A DNA stretch of 64,000 nt from an uncultured Nitrososphaerales archaeon (GTDB lineage Archaea > Thermoproteota > Nitrososphaeria > Nitrososphaerales > Nitrososphaeraceae). Below, piece after piece: positions 20,734-29,386 of this stretch. Below the pieces are notes generated by a model. That model had not been told where the DNA came from. It saw nothing but the letters and a program-made list of their open reading frames with translations, and made no database searches. The position numbers and the translations under genes were made by a program. The first letter of the stretch is position 1. The number at the start of each line of letters is the position of its first letter. The stretch spans positions 1,024,001 to 1,088,000 of the forward strand of contig CAVOHZ010000010.1 of assembly GCA_963695855.1 (NCBI GenBank). The letters run 5' to 3'.

Positions 20734-20820
20734 ATATTTTTTAAATTTTTGAATTTTTATTTATTTATTTTTCTAATATGGAAACAAATAATAAAAATAG
20801 ATTTATGTGACCATGGAAAT

Positions 20821-22116
20821 CTATCCAGATAGGATCAATTGACTTGCAGTAACTGGAACCTTAGTTGTATTGGTTGACTGTGTGGCATTACCATAGACAG
20901 ATTGATACGCGTTTCTAACTATATCAAAAAATTTTGTGGTAAATATTTTGCTATCAGTAACGTTAATCAGGTTAAAGTTTTGGACCTGATGAGAATCTAC
21001 TCGCCATTGCCAAAATGCAGAACCCCAAACGTGCAGATTTTTAAAAGTTGCAACCATAAGATCCGCGTCGGTCTGGTTAATACTACTGAATGTTTCATTG
21101 ATAAATGTAATAATCTCTCCTTCTTCATCAATTATTTTATCTCGTTTTACATTGTTCCATTCACCTATGTAAAGCGGAACGTTTGCAAGACCGGCAGCTT
21201 GAACGAAGTTACCGAGTCTAGATTCCTGATAAGTATTTCCCTGTGGCAATCCATAAACACTTATTTTGAATATTACGTTTGTGGTGTTTGCAGGTGCCAT
21301 TTTTGCCAAGTTAATCGGATTAAGTTCTATAGGACTTTGTAAAGAGACAGGAATACTCATACTATATGCTAAAGTTTTAGTAGTACTCTTTCTTAGAAAA
21401 TCTGTCATGAAGGTATTGTATTTACCTATCTTTGACCATTGAGTTTTATCATGTACTTGAGGTTCACTTAAAATTTCATATCCAATCGTACTTTTATGAT
21501 TGTCAACGGTATCAACTATCTTTTTAAAATATTCTGTTTGCATAGTCCATGCATCCTTTCCATCCTTATCATGAACGTTTCTGTCCCACCAATTTGACCA
21601 CCATACTTTAGCAGTAGGATATTTAGTTCCTCCTCCACTACCATAAAAAAATGCAAAATCACCTTCAAATAATGAAAAGGGAAAACCAGTTCCTCTTTGG
21701 GGGTTCAGGTATGAAGAAGTATGAAACTGGTGATTATCATATAATACATGTATGTTATATTTGTCTGCTGTGGTTGCAACTGTTTTTAATTCTTCGATAA
21801 ACTGTACTGGATTTTTAGCGTATGCCTCCCAAAAAACCAAAAAACGAACATGATTCATACCTGATGAAGATAAAATCTTGAAACTTTCTTCAAAGTAATT
21901 TGGCGGTAAATCGTTGTCTACATCACGTGCTTGGGAGGTACGTGTATAGTATCCATGCATATCTACACCATTGAAAGGAGGCCCGTTATTTTCTTTATAT
22001 ATGGGTTGCTGAGCTTCTATCGGCAATGGCTTCGTTTGAAAAATATTTAAATTAAATACAAGTAGAATAGAAAAAGATAGTAGTATAAACACATGTTTAG
22101 ATTTATTTACTGACAA
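20821..22116 (-). CDS. Secreted clan GH-A (GH5/cellulase-like) glycoside hydrolase
   Basis: Signal peptide, NHVRF, LYDNHQF, acid/base YEILSEP, nucleophile YIGEW and FWQW. Confidence 0.8.
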   Translation of the reverse strand: MSVNKSKHVFILLSFSILLVFNLNIFQTKPLPIEAQQPIYKENNGPPFNGVDMHGYYTRTSQARDVDNDLPPNYFEESFKILSSSGMNHVRFLVFWEAYAKNPVQFIEELKTVATTADKYNIHVLYDNHQFHTSSYLNPQRGTGFPFSLFEGDFAFFYGSGGGTKYPTAKVWWSNWWDRNVHDKDGKDAWTMQTEYFKKIVDTVDNHKSTIGYEILSEPQVHDKTQWSKIGKYNTFMTDFLRKSTTKTLAYSMSIPVSLQSPIELNPINLAKMAPANTTNVIFKISVYGLPQGNTYQESRLGNFVQAAGLANVPLYIGEWNNVKRDKIIDEEGEIITFINETFSSINQTDADLMVATFKNLHVWGSAFWQWRVDSHQVQNFNLINVTDSKIFTTKFFDIVRNAYQSVYGNATQSTNTTKVPVTASQLILSG

Positions 22117-22274
22117 TAATATTTCAGATTATACTTAGTAGACTTTTTTTATATATGTATCCCTGCAATTACATTTTTTTCTATAAATATTTTATGGGAA
22201 AATAATAGCGAAAAACCTGATTAACAATTGTAACGTCATTTATATAGAAGACTACTTTTAAATTAGTAACACAA

Positions 22275-24152
22275 TTGCGTTATCAACTAATTGTTAGTCT
22301 AGTACATTTTTCTTTGTTTTTTTCTGTACTAGTTTTAGCGTTTAATTTTTTATTTTTGGAATCAATGGCAGCCAACCAAAATGAAGTGAATGAACAAAGA
22401 GGCATAGATAATATTTGTTTGAAATATGACAACATCACAAAAACAATAATAGTTTGTGATGACAATGTAGAGATTCCTACGATATTTTCTTTTTTTAATA
22501 ATTCAAATATCCTAGAAAGCATTGGAAACAAAGAATGGTTGTTAAGATCTAATATTCTAGTATTAGAAAATGGTACATTAATTATTGATGGTTCGAAATC
22601 TAAAGTTATAAAAATAGCTTCCAATTATTCAAGCAATATACCTTATTCCATCACATCAAGAGGAAATTTAATAATAGATAATACTAGAATAACTTCGTGG
22701 AATTCTACAAGTGATTCCCAACCTGTTGTTAGCTCTCCTGAAACCGTTAGACCTTATATCTTGACCTTTTGGGATTCTTCTGGAAAGACAAATATTACAA
22801 ATTCCTACCTAGAAAATTTAGGATATAAAGGTTACCTAGGAACAGATGGAATAACATATTTTTCTGGTAAAGGGAGTTTAATTAGCAATAATACAATATC
22901 TGGAAATTATTTGGGTTTACATTTGATGAATAATATTTCTGATATTGCAATTGAGAATAATGACATATCAAAAAGCAATTTTGAGGCTATTAAATTAGAC
23001 ACCAAAACAAACAATATTAAAGTTTTTGATAACACGATACATGAGAATAATTTACATGCAATCTCATGTATAAGAGGTTGCAATTCAGTGGATATCAAAA
23101 ATAATGTTTTAGAAAATAATATTGGTATTGGAATACTGGTAGACAAACAAGCAAAGAAGATAATTATTGAAAATAACAAGATAAAATCCAATACTATGGG
23201 TATAATGATAGCAGAGTCAGAAGATAATAGTATCAATAACAATATCATTGATAAAAACGGTAATGGTATTTTTCTAAAAAAAACTGGTGGTAATTTAATA
23301 ACAAAAAATAACATTACGGCAAGTAATAACTATGGTATAAATATTTATTCAAATTCTTCTTTAAATACGATTGAAAATAATAACATCCGAAAATCAATGA
23401 ATAGTGGAATAAATATAGCAGATTATGAAACAAAAAATAATAAATTTGCTGGAAATGTAATTGAAGGTGGATTAAATCATGGTATTAAATTGGATAGAAC
23501 TTTCAAGAACAATTTTGAATCCAATCTAGTAGATAAAAATAAGTATGGTGACTACTATATAAAATTATCAAAGGACAGTATCCTAATGAATACGTACTTT
23601 AATAAAACTTCTATTTTATTCTTTGACAAGAAGAGTAATCTCAAGATAGTTAATATGGATAATAAATTGTTAGACGGTAATAATGTTACCAATGTTGCGT
23701 ATCCAAATAACAATACAGTCATTATGTTACCCATTAAAAAATTTACCAAACTGACAACTATTGACATGTATGTTATTCCTAATTTATCTCATGTAAATAT
23801 TTCATCAATTAACAATGATTTTTCCGAAAATAAGGATTATAAAAAATGGAACGCTGTCTTTGCGGAGCCAAAAATGCAGACAAAATTTATTGTAGAGGGG
23901 TTCGATTCTGGCAGTCAATTTCTTTTAAAAACAAATGAAACAGTTTCTGAGCTGGTTTCGGTTGACAAAAGAAATAATATGCAATTTTCTTTTATTAATG
24001 ACGGATTATCATATACTTTCAAAATTGAAGCGACCAAAACTCCTATGTTAATCACGATATTAATTTTGTCAGTCCTGATTGGCGTTTCAGCTGGAATTTT
24101 CTTTTTATTGAGAAGAAAAAGGATGATTAAGGATAACAATGTAAAAAGATAA
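22275..24152 (+). CDS. Secreted, C-terminally membrane-anchored right-handed beta-helix protein (NosD/AlgG-like)
   Basis: Signal peptide, many IxNNxI repeats, GNLIIDNTRITSWN...RPYI...NLGY segment, and a C-terminal TM helix followed by RRKR. Confidence 0.85.
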   Translation: MRYQLIVSLVHFSLFFSVLVLAFNFLFLESMAANQNEVNEQRGIDNICLKYDNITKTIIVCDDNVEIPTIFSFFNNSNILESIGNKEWLLRSNILVLENGTLIIDGSKSKVIKIASNYSSNIPYSITSRGNLIIDNTRITSWNSTSDSQPVVSSPETVRPYILTFWDSSGKTNITNSYLENLGYKGYLGTDGITYFSGKGSLISNNTISGNYLGLHLMNNISDIAIENNDISKSNFEAIKLDTKTNNIKVFDNTIHENNLHAISCIRGCNSVDIKNNVLENNIGIGILVDKQAKKIIIENNKIKSNTMGIMIAESEDNSINNNIIDKNGNGIFLKKTGGNLITKNNITASNNYGINIYSNSSLNTIENNNIRKSMNSGINIADYETKNNKFAGNVIEGGLNHGIKLDRTFKNNFESNLVDKNKYGDYYIKLSKDSILMNTYFNKTSILFFDKKSNLKIVNMDNKLLDGNNVTNVAYPNNNTVIMLPIKKFTKLTTIDMYVIPNLSHVNISSINNDFSENKDYKKWNAVFAEPKMQTKFIVEGFDSGSQFLLKTNETVSELVSVDKRNNMQFSFINDGLSYTFKIEATKTPMLITILILSVLIGVSAGIFFLLRRKRMIKDNNVKR

Positions 24153-24737
24153 TAAGATTCTCCTAATTTTGTAGTAAAAGATTAATCTTATACGTCTATT
24201 ATATTACGTATTGAATTTTGGATAAAGTATATGTAATTTCAACATCCAGAAATAACTATAGCTATGGATAATAAGTACGAAATACAATACAGTAACATAC
24301 GGCTATAAGAAAGATTAGACTTAAGAGTGGCTAAATATGATGATAGATTTTAGTAATAGAATATTATCTTGTTCTATATATTTTATTGATAGTAATAATG
24401 ATAATAGAATTAGAGATTTAATGATTTCTCCAATCGTTCACAACTATATTCATAGCACCATCATCAAACAATGAACCAGTAGTGGCATTTCTAAAACCAA
24501 TATATCAACAATGATTGTCTCCCAAACTTTTACTGGATTGATATCTTCAAAAGATTCTTCAACGTTACCATCACCATCTGTATCAGAAAAAGGCGGTATT
24601 TCATAAACGACATTTGTCTCATTGTATTTTAAGGCACATTCACCTTTAGGGCCCCAAGTAAACCTTATGGTTGACGATTTTCCCATTGATTAACTTTTAA
24701 TCCCTCATCTTCAGTGTAGTATAAATTGTAAAATTTA

Positions 24738-25037
24738 TCTACTGTAACTACAACTGAAAAGGAGGAAGGAATTATAGAATTATTACGAGAACCTTCTACA
24801 GAACCACAAACAGTCACAGGCGAACAGCCTACGGAAGAAGGTCAAGCACCAACAGATGTTGCACCAACTCCAGAACAAGCAGCATTACCTACGACCTTAG
24901 AAGAAGAACCTAAAGAATAAGAGAAAGAGACAAAAGACGAGCAAGAGAGTAAAGACGAGCAAGAGCCGGAAGAGGAAGAAGAGGAAGAATCAGAAATAGA
25001 AGAGGAAGAGTCTGGAGAATAAGGAGGAAAAGGTTAA
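24738..25037 (+). pseudogene. Remnant of an acidic Glu/Pro/Thr-rich protein tail
   Basis: The frame reads STVTTTEKEEG…EPSTEPQTVTGEQPTEEGQAPTDVAPTPEQAALP…EEEEEEES with in-frame TAA at 24918 and 25020 and no start codon. Confidence 0.55.
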
Positions 25038-25230
25038 ATAAACACATTCAAAATGAATGAATTTGAAATAACTTCCGACAGCAAAAAAGTAAAAACATAA
25101 TTTTTTTTAATTTTAAATATTTTTTAACATATATCGTTTTATTGTAAAAGGTACCAGGAATGTTTGCAATGGTAGTTCAAATTCATAATTAAATTAAATA
25201 GGCCCATCCCATATAACTATATATAATTGA

Positions 25231-25310
25231 ATTTGACGAAAACACTGACTATTTGACGGGTTATTTGACGGAAATTTTGATTAAATGACGATGGTGGCTG
25301 ATTGGTGATT
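25231..25310 (+). repeat. Phased TGAC(G) box array upstream of the HTH-coiled-coil gene
   Basis: TGAC at 25234, 25246, 25254, 25266 and 25286; TGAT at 25278, 25299 and 25306. Spacing is roughly 12/8 bp. Confidence 0.7.
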
Positions 25311-25427
25311 ATAACAATAATACGATGAATTGATTTCTTTAGTTCTTAGAATTAGAAAGATACATATGTATCCCAATTTTGGGATCAAAAATGTATAAAT
25401 AACTCTTTTTTTAACCACGTTTATGTA

Positions 25428-27041
25428 ATGAAGTTACCCACACAGGAGCATATCAAATCAGCTATTATAGACTCATGGATGATGGGCAAGACACGAGATA
25501 AAATAGCATTAGAATTTAATATTAGCACAGGATCGGTTTCTAACATTATACAACAATGGCAGAATAAGATTGGTCTCTTTGATGCAAATGATCTTAGAGA
25601 ATTGGGAGTAGCATTAAAAAAGGCAGGAATATCACCTTTACAATGCGTTGATGGTTTAAGAATCAATAACATACTCAATCAACTATATATTGATGAGGAC
25701 CACCTCAACTATTTTTTAAACAAACTATATAATGAAAGTAAAGAGCAAAGATTACTACCTGCTGATATTGCAAGACTGGCTAAAGTGATAAATGACTATC
25801 CCGATATCTCCTCATTAAATGATCTACCAACATATATCAATAAAAGAAGGCAAGAAAGGATTAAACTAGATAGAGATATATATTACAGAAAAATCGAAAT
25901 CCAAAAATTGGATCATGAAAAAGAAAGGAAGAGAAAAGAGATCCAAGATTTAAAAGATGATTTTGATTCTATTAGAAAAGAGATACAAAATGAGAAAAAA
26001 GATTTTTTGTTATTCAAAAATGTAAAAGATGAACTAAAGAAAAATGGTATAGATATTCAAATTTTAGAGCCTTTAATACATGTTATAAAAATTTTTCAAG
26101 AGATGAACTTCCAACCTCTTACAATCTTCAGTGAATTTTCAGATATAAATGATTACAGAGATCTAGTTGAAAATAAAGAGAGAGGAATAAAGGAACTTGA
26201 ATTACATATCCAAGATTTAAATGCAATAAGTGACAATTATGAAATCAAGATAACATCAAATGAACCTATAGTTCAATCCTTGAAAAGGTTGGAAAACCTT
26301 GGGTTTAATGCTTCTAATATTAAATACCTAGAGAAAACATTTTCAGACGTCTCTAAAAAATTTGGTTTGAATAAAAAGCAAATCAAAATCCGATTCTTTA
26401 GATATATGGATCATTTGTATACTCTTTTAACTCTTGAACAAGATATCTTAGAAAAGACAGATAAGCTTTCTATACTGGACAGTGAAATATCTTCAAAACG
26501 AAAGGTAATAGAAGAATCTCAACCCATTGTATTTTCTATTTTACAAAACTTGGTTAATGCAGGATTAAATGAAAATGATATTCTAATGACTTTAAAAATA
26601 TTTAAAACAGATTTATGTAACAATATGCCTTTTGATATGATAACTTATCTTGAAGCTCTTTCAAAAGATCTAGACAAATATAAAACAGTAAGAGATACTT
26701 TGAAAGGGTTAGATACAAAAGTATTGTTAAAGAAATCTTATATAGAGAAACTGACATTGGTTAAAACTAATTTACAGGTTTTTCTTTTCTCATTAGCTAT
26801 GACCATTTATTTTTACTTTTTTATTTTAAATATACAATTACAAATACAAAAGAAATTTAGAATACTTTTAATATATAACTTTATTTATTTACCTTTAATC
26901 TACATTGTAAAAAGTCCTGAAAAGACTCTGAAATCTAATAAATTCAAAATAAAATCAAAAAATAACAACGACAACAATAATAATAAGAAAAAAGAAATAA
27001 AAAGAAACAATAAACTGCAAAGACAAAAATCAATGGAATAA
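25428..27041 (+). CDS. N-terminal HTH plus long coiled-coil protein with a hydrophobic C-terminal segment
   Basis: TRDKIALEFNISTGSVSNII (HTH), long K/E/L heptad stretches, hydrophobic VFLFSLAMTIYFYFFIL and a Lys-rich tail. Confidence 0.8.
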   Translation: MKLPTQEHIKSAIIDSWMMGKTRDKIALEFNISTGSVSNIIQQWQNKIGLFDANDLRELGVALKKAGISPLQCVDGLRINNILNQLYIDEDHLNYFLNKLYNESKEQRLLPADIARLAKVINDYPDISSLNDLPTYINKRRQERIKLDRDIYYRKIEIQKLDHEKERKRKEIQDLKDDFDSIRKEIQNEKKDFLLFKNVKDELKKNGIDIQILEPLIHVIKIFQEMNFQPLTIFSEFSDINDYRDLVENKERGIKELELHIQDLNAISDNYEIKITSNEPIVQSLKRLENLGFNASNIKYLEKTFSDVSKKFGLNKKQIKIRFFRYMDHLYTLLTLEQDILEKTDKLSILDSEISSKRKVIEESQPIVFSILQNLVNAGLNENDILMTLKIFKTDLCNNMPFDMITYLEALSKDLDKYKTVRDTLKGLDTKVLLKKSYIEKLTLVKTNLQVFLFSLAMTIYFYFFILNIQLQIQKKFRILLIYNFIYLPLIYIVKSPEKTLKSNKFKIKSKNNNDNNNNKKKEIKRNNKLQRQKSME

Positions 27042-27503
27042 AGTAATATTCTGTATCTTGACAATAAATTTCGATAGTTTGTAGAAACAACATAAAAAAT
27101 AATATAATAAATTTAAAATCAATGTTAAGATATTAAATGATCTAACAAAAGTATATGGTGAAAATAAAGAATTTACGAAACAACTTTTAAAATTTAAAAG
27201 CCAAACAAAAAAATACATATCATTAAATTCAAGTAAATAAAAATCAACTGCAATAATATCATTTTATAAATAATAAAATTTAGAATTCTTTACATTTCAT
27301 TAGTCAATAATTTACTTTGATCTATATAAAAGATTTAGAAGGATAATAATTTGTTTTTCATAAATTTTATCAAATTTCAATTTTATCTTTAAATGCGTTG
27401 GTTGTTTTTAAAAGTATTCCATCATAAATATATTAAGGTAACATACCCACATTTACTGTTACACATAGATCGATTGGAACAATTTAAAATCAATATCCAA
27501 CAT

Positions 27504-28283
27504 TTAAATTTCTCTATAAAAAATCTTAAAAGATTCCATAATAATTTCCTTCTTATTATCTTGTTTCCTTCTTTTTAGTACATCTTGCCATTCATTGGTA
27601 TAAGCACAAGTAACATCATCTACAGAATTATAGGAAAAAGCCAAAATGTACTTGTATTTCTTTGACCAATTTTTCTCATAGTAATGAGGATGGTTTAAAG
27701 AGATAGGATAGGCTAACGTAGAATCAATATGTATCCATTTGCCATCAATCAATGCTTCATTCCAACAATGATCTAGATAATCTTGTACAATTCTTGTTTC
27801 CACAAATTGTGAATTTAAAATTGCCCCAAATAGCATTGACCATTCACTGCATCTACCTATTCTGTTATCTGCTATTCTTTTTATTTCGCCATATCTTGGA
27901 AATACTATTTTTGAATTACATTTCAGACATTCATAAACTTCACTCATTCTTAGCTTCCAAGAATTACCTTTGATTATGCTAAAATGCAAAGGTATGTTGC
28001 AATTTTGGCATTTGATGTTTTTGCTGATGTCGCTACTATTCATCCATTTCATATAATCTTGCTTAAACCAATCAAGAAGTGGTTTTAAAATTTGTATGTT
28101 ATTATTATTTTCTTTGCTTATTGTTATTATCTCTTGTTTAATTTTTGATGGAATAAGATGATTAACATAAGCAAGAACTTTTTTGTCTTTGTATTGTCTT
28201 GCTACATTTTTATATAATATAAAAGAATCTTTTGTATAAGGAAAACCAAAGGTATTTCTGCTAAATTTATTGATTTTAAACAT
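27504..28283 (-). CDS. Peptide:N-glycanase (PNG1/NGLY1-like) transglutaminase-fold protein
   Basis: LLDWFKQDYMKW, CQNC and CLKC Zn pairs, FPRY, GRCSEW, DHCWNE, WIHID, YEKNWSKKYKYILAFS and VDDVT are colinear with the eukaryotic PNGase core. The ATG at 28283 is preferred to 28397. Confidence 0.82.
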   Translation of the reverse strand: MFKINKFSRNTFGFPYTKDSFILYKNVARQYKDKKVLAYVNHLIPSKIKQEIITISKENNNNIQILKPLLDWFKQDYMKWMNSSDISKNIKCQNCNIPLHFSIIKGNSWKLRMSEVYECLKCNSKIVFPRYGEIKRIADNRIGRCSEWSMLFGAILNSQFVETRIVQDYLDHCWNEALIDGKWIHIDSTLAYPISLNHPHYYEKNWSKKYKYILAFSYNSVDDVTCAYTNEWQDVLKRRKQDNKKEIIMESFKIFYREI

Positions 28284-28445
28284 AATTATAATAATATATA
28301 CTATTTTTCCTGATAAAAGAATTATTGTGAAATATACATCTGGAACAACTAATACCTGATAATTAGAGTATGGATAAAGAATATAGTAGTTGGTCATATT
28401 AGATGTTGAATTACAAGGATTGTAGGGTGCTGTTAAGTTAAGAGC

Positions 28446-28943
28446 CTATCCCAAAATTATCCTCCTGTAAACAATTATACTATTTGCTAACTGTACAAGA
28501 CCCAGATAGTTCTCATCCTTCTTTTCATACCTTGTAAATAATTTCCTAAATCTGTTATGCCATGAATTTGTTCTCTCTACAACCCATCTTCTTGTAGGAT
28601 GTTTCTTGTTGAGTTTCTTTTCTTCTCTTCTGTGTCGTATATGTGGGATGTATCCCCTTTTGACCATTTCTTGTTCTACTTCTTTGGAATGATATGCTTT
28701 ATCAAGGCATAGATTCTGCTTTTTCTTCTTCTTCTTGTTATTGTTGTTGTTTCTGTATTTTGTTATCGATGATGATGACGATGGTCTTTTGATAACAATA
28801 TTATCAATTGTATTTGTTGCAACGGTAACATCGTGAGTATTGGCTGATGTTATAAAAGTAGAAAGAGGAATACCATCTTTATCTGTTAGAATATGTCTTT
28901 TGCTTCCTAATTTACTCCTATCTGTAGGATTATGACCAGTCAT
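28446..28943 (-). CDS. IS5 transposase, C-terminal DDE ORF
   Basis: NPTDRSKLGSKRHILTDKDGIPL, ANTHD, CLDKAY and RWVVERTNSWHNRFRKL. Confidence 0.93.
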   Translation of the reverse strand: MTGHNPTDRSKLGSKRHILTDKDGIPLSTFITSANTHDVTVATNTIDNIVIKRPSSSSSITKYRNNNNNKKKKKKQNLCLDKAYHSKEVEQEMVKRGYIPHIRHRREEKKLNKKHPTRRWVVERTNSWHNRFRKLFTRYEKKDENYLGLVQLANSIIVYRRIILG

Positions 28944-29304
28944 CGCCCCCTAAAGGAGATTTTACTGATATGCTGTCAAGTGATTGCCAGTTCCATTTTA
29001 TTCCTCTCGTGTTATCGTATATTTTTAGTAATCTCGTCCATAATTTGTCAAATAATCCTGATTGTCTCCATTCCTGAAATCTTCTGTGGCACGTTGAACC
29101 AGAACCATATTCCTTGGGTAACATTTTCCATTGACATCCGATCCTCAAGACAAACAGGATACCATCAAGTACTTTTCTATAAGGAACAATTGGTCTACCT
29201 ATGGTATTATCTGGTTTCTCATCTGGTAAAATATTTTTTATTTCATACCAAAGGTCATCAGGAATACGTGTAATGGTTCTAACATATTTTTTACTCTTAC
29301 TCAA
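28930..29304 (-). CDS. IS5 transposase, N-terminal ORF
   Basis: IPDDLW…GRP…GILFVLRIGCQWKMLP..YGSGSTCHRRFQEW…SLDS. Confidence 0.93.
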   Translation of the reverse strand: MSKSKKYVRTITRIPDDLWYEIKNILPDEKPDNTIGRPIVPYRKVLDGILFVLRIGCQWKMLPKEYGSGSTCHRRFQEWRQSGLFDKLWTRLLKIYDNTRGIKWNWQSLDSISVKSPLGGDDWS

Positions 29305-29386
29305 ACATTATCAGATATGATAGGAAACCAACGAGCTATATTCCTATCTATTTTTGGGATAGGCTCTTAATATCATATCAAATACA

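Larger units (their letters stand above)
28442..29366 (-). mobile_element. IS5-family insertion sequence, complete
   Basis: Perfect 15-bp terminal inverted repeats GAGCCTATCCCAAAA (28442-28456 and 29352-29366) are each flanked by TTAA (28438-28441, 29367-29370). The transposase is split in two ORFs. Confidence 0.95.

Noticed and set aside
28284-28397. Hydrophobic N-terminal extension (apparent TM anchor) on the PNGase-like ORF
   Set aside because: It is AT-rich, low-complexity sequence containing TATA-like runs just upstream of the ATG at 28283, so it is more likely promoter than coding. This is not proven.
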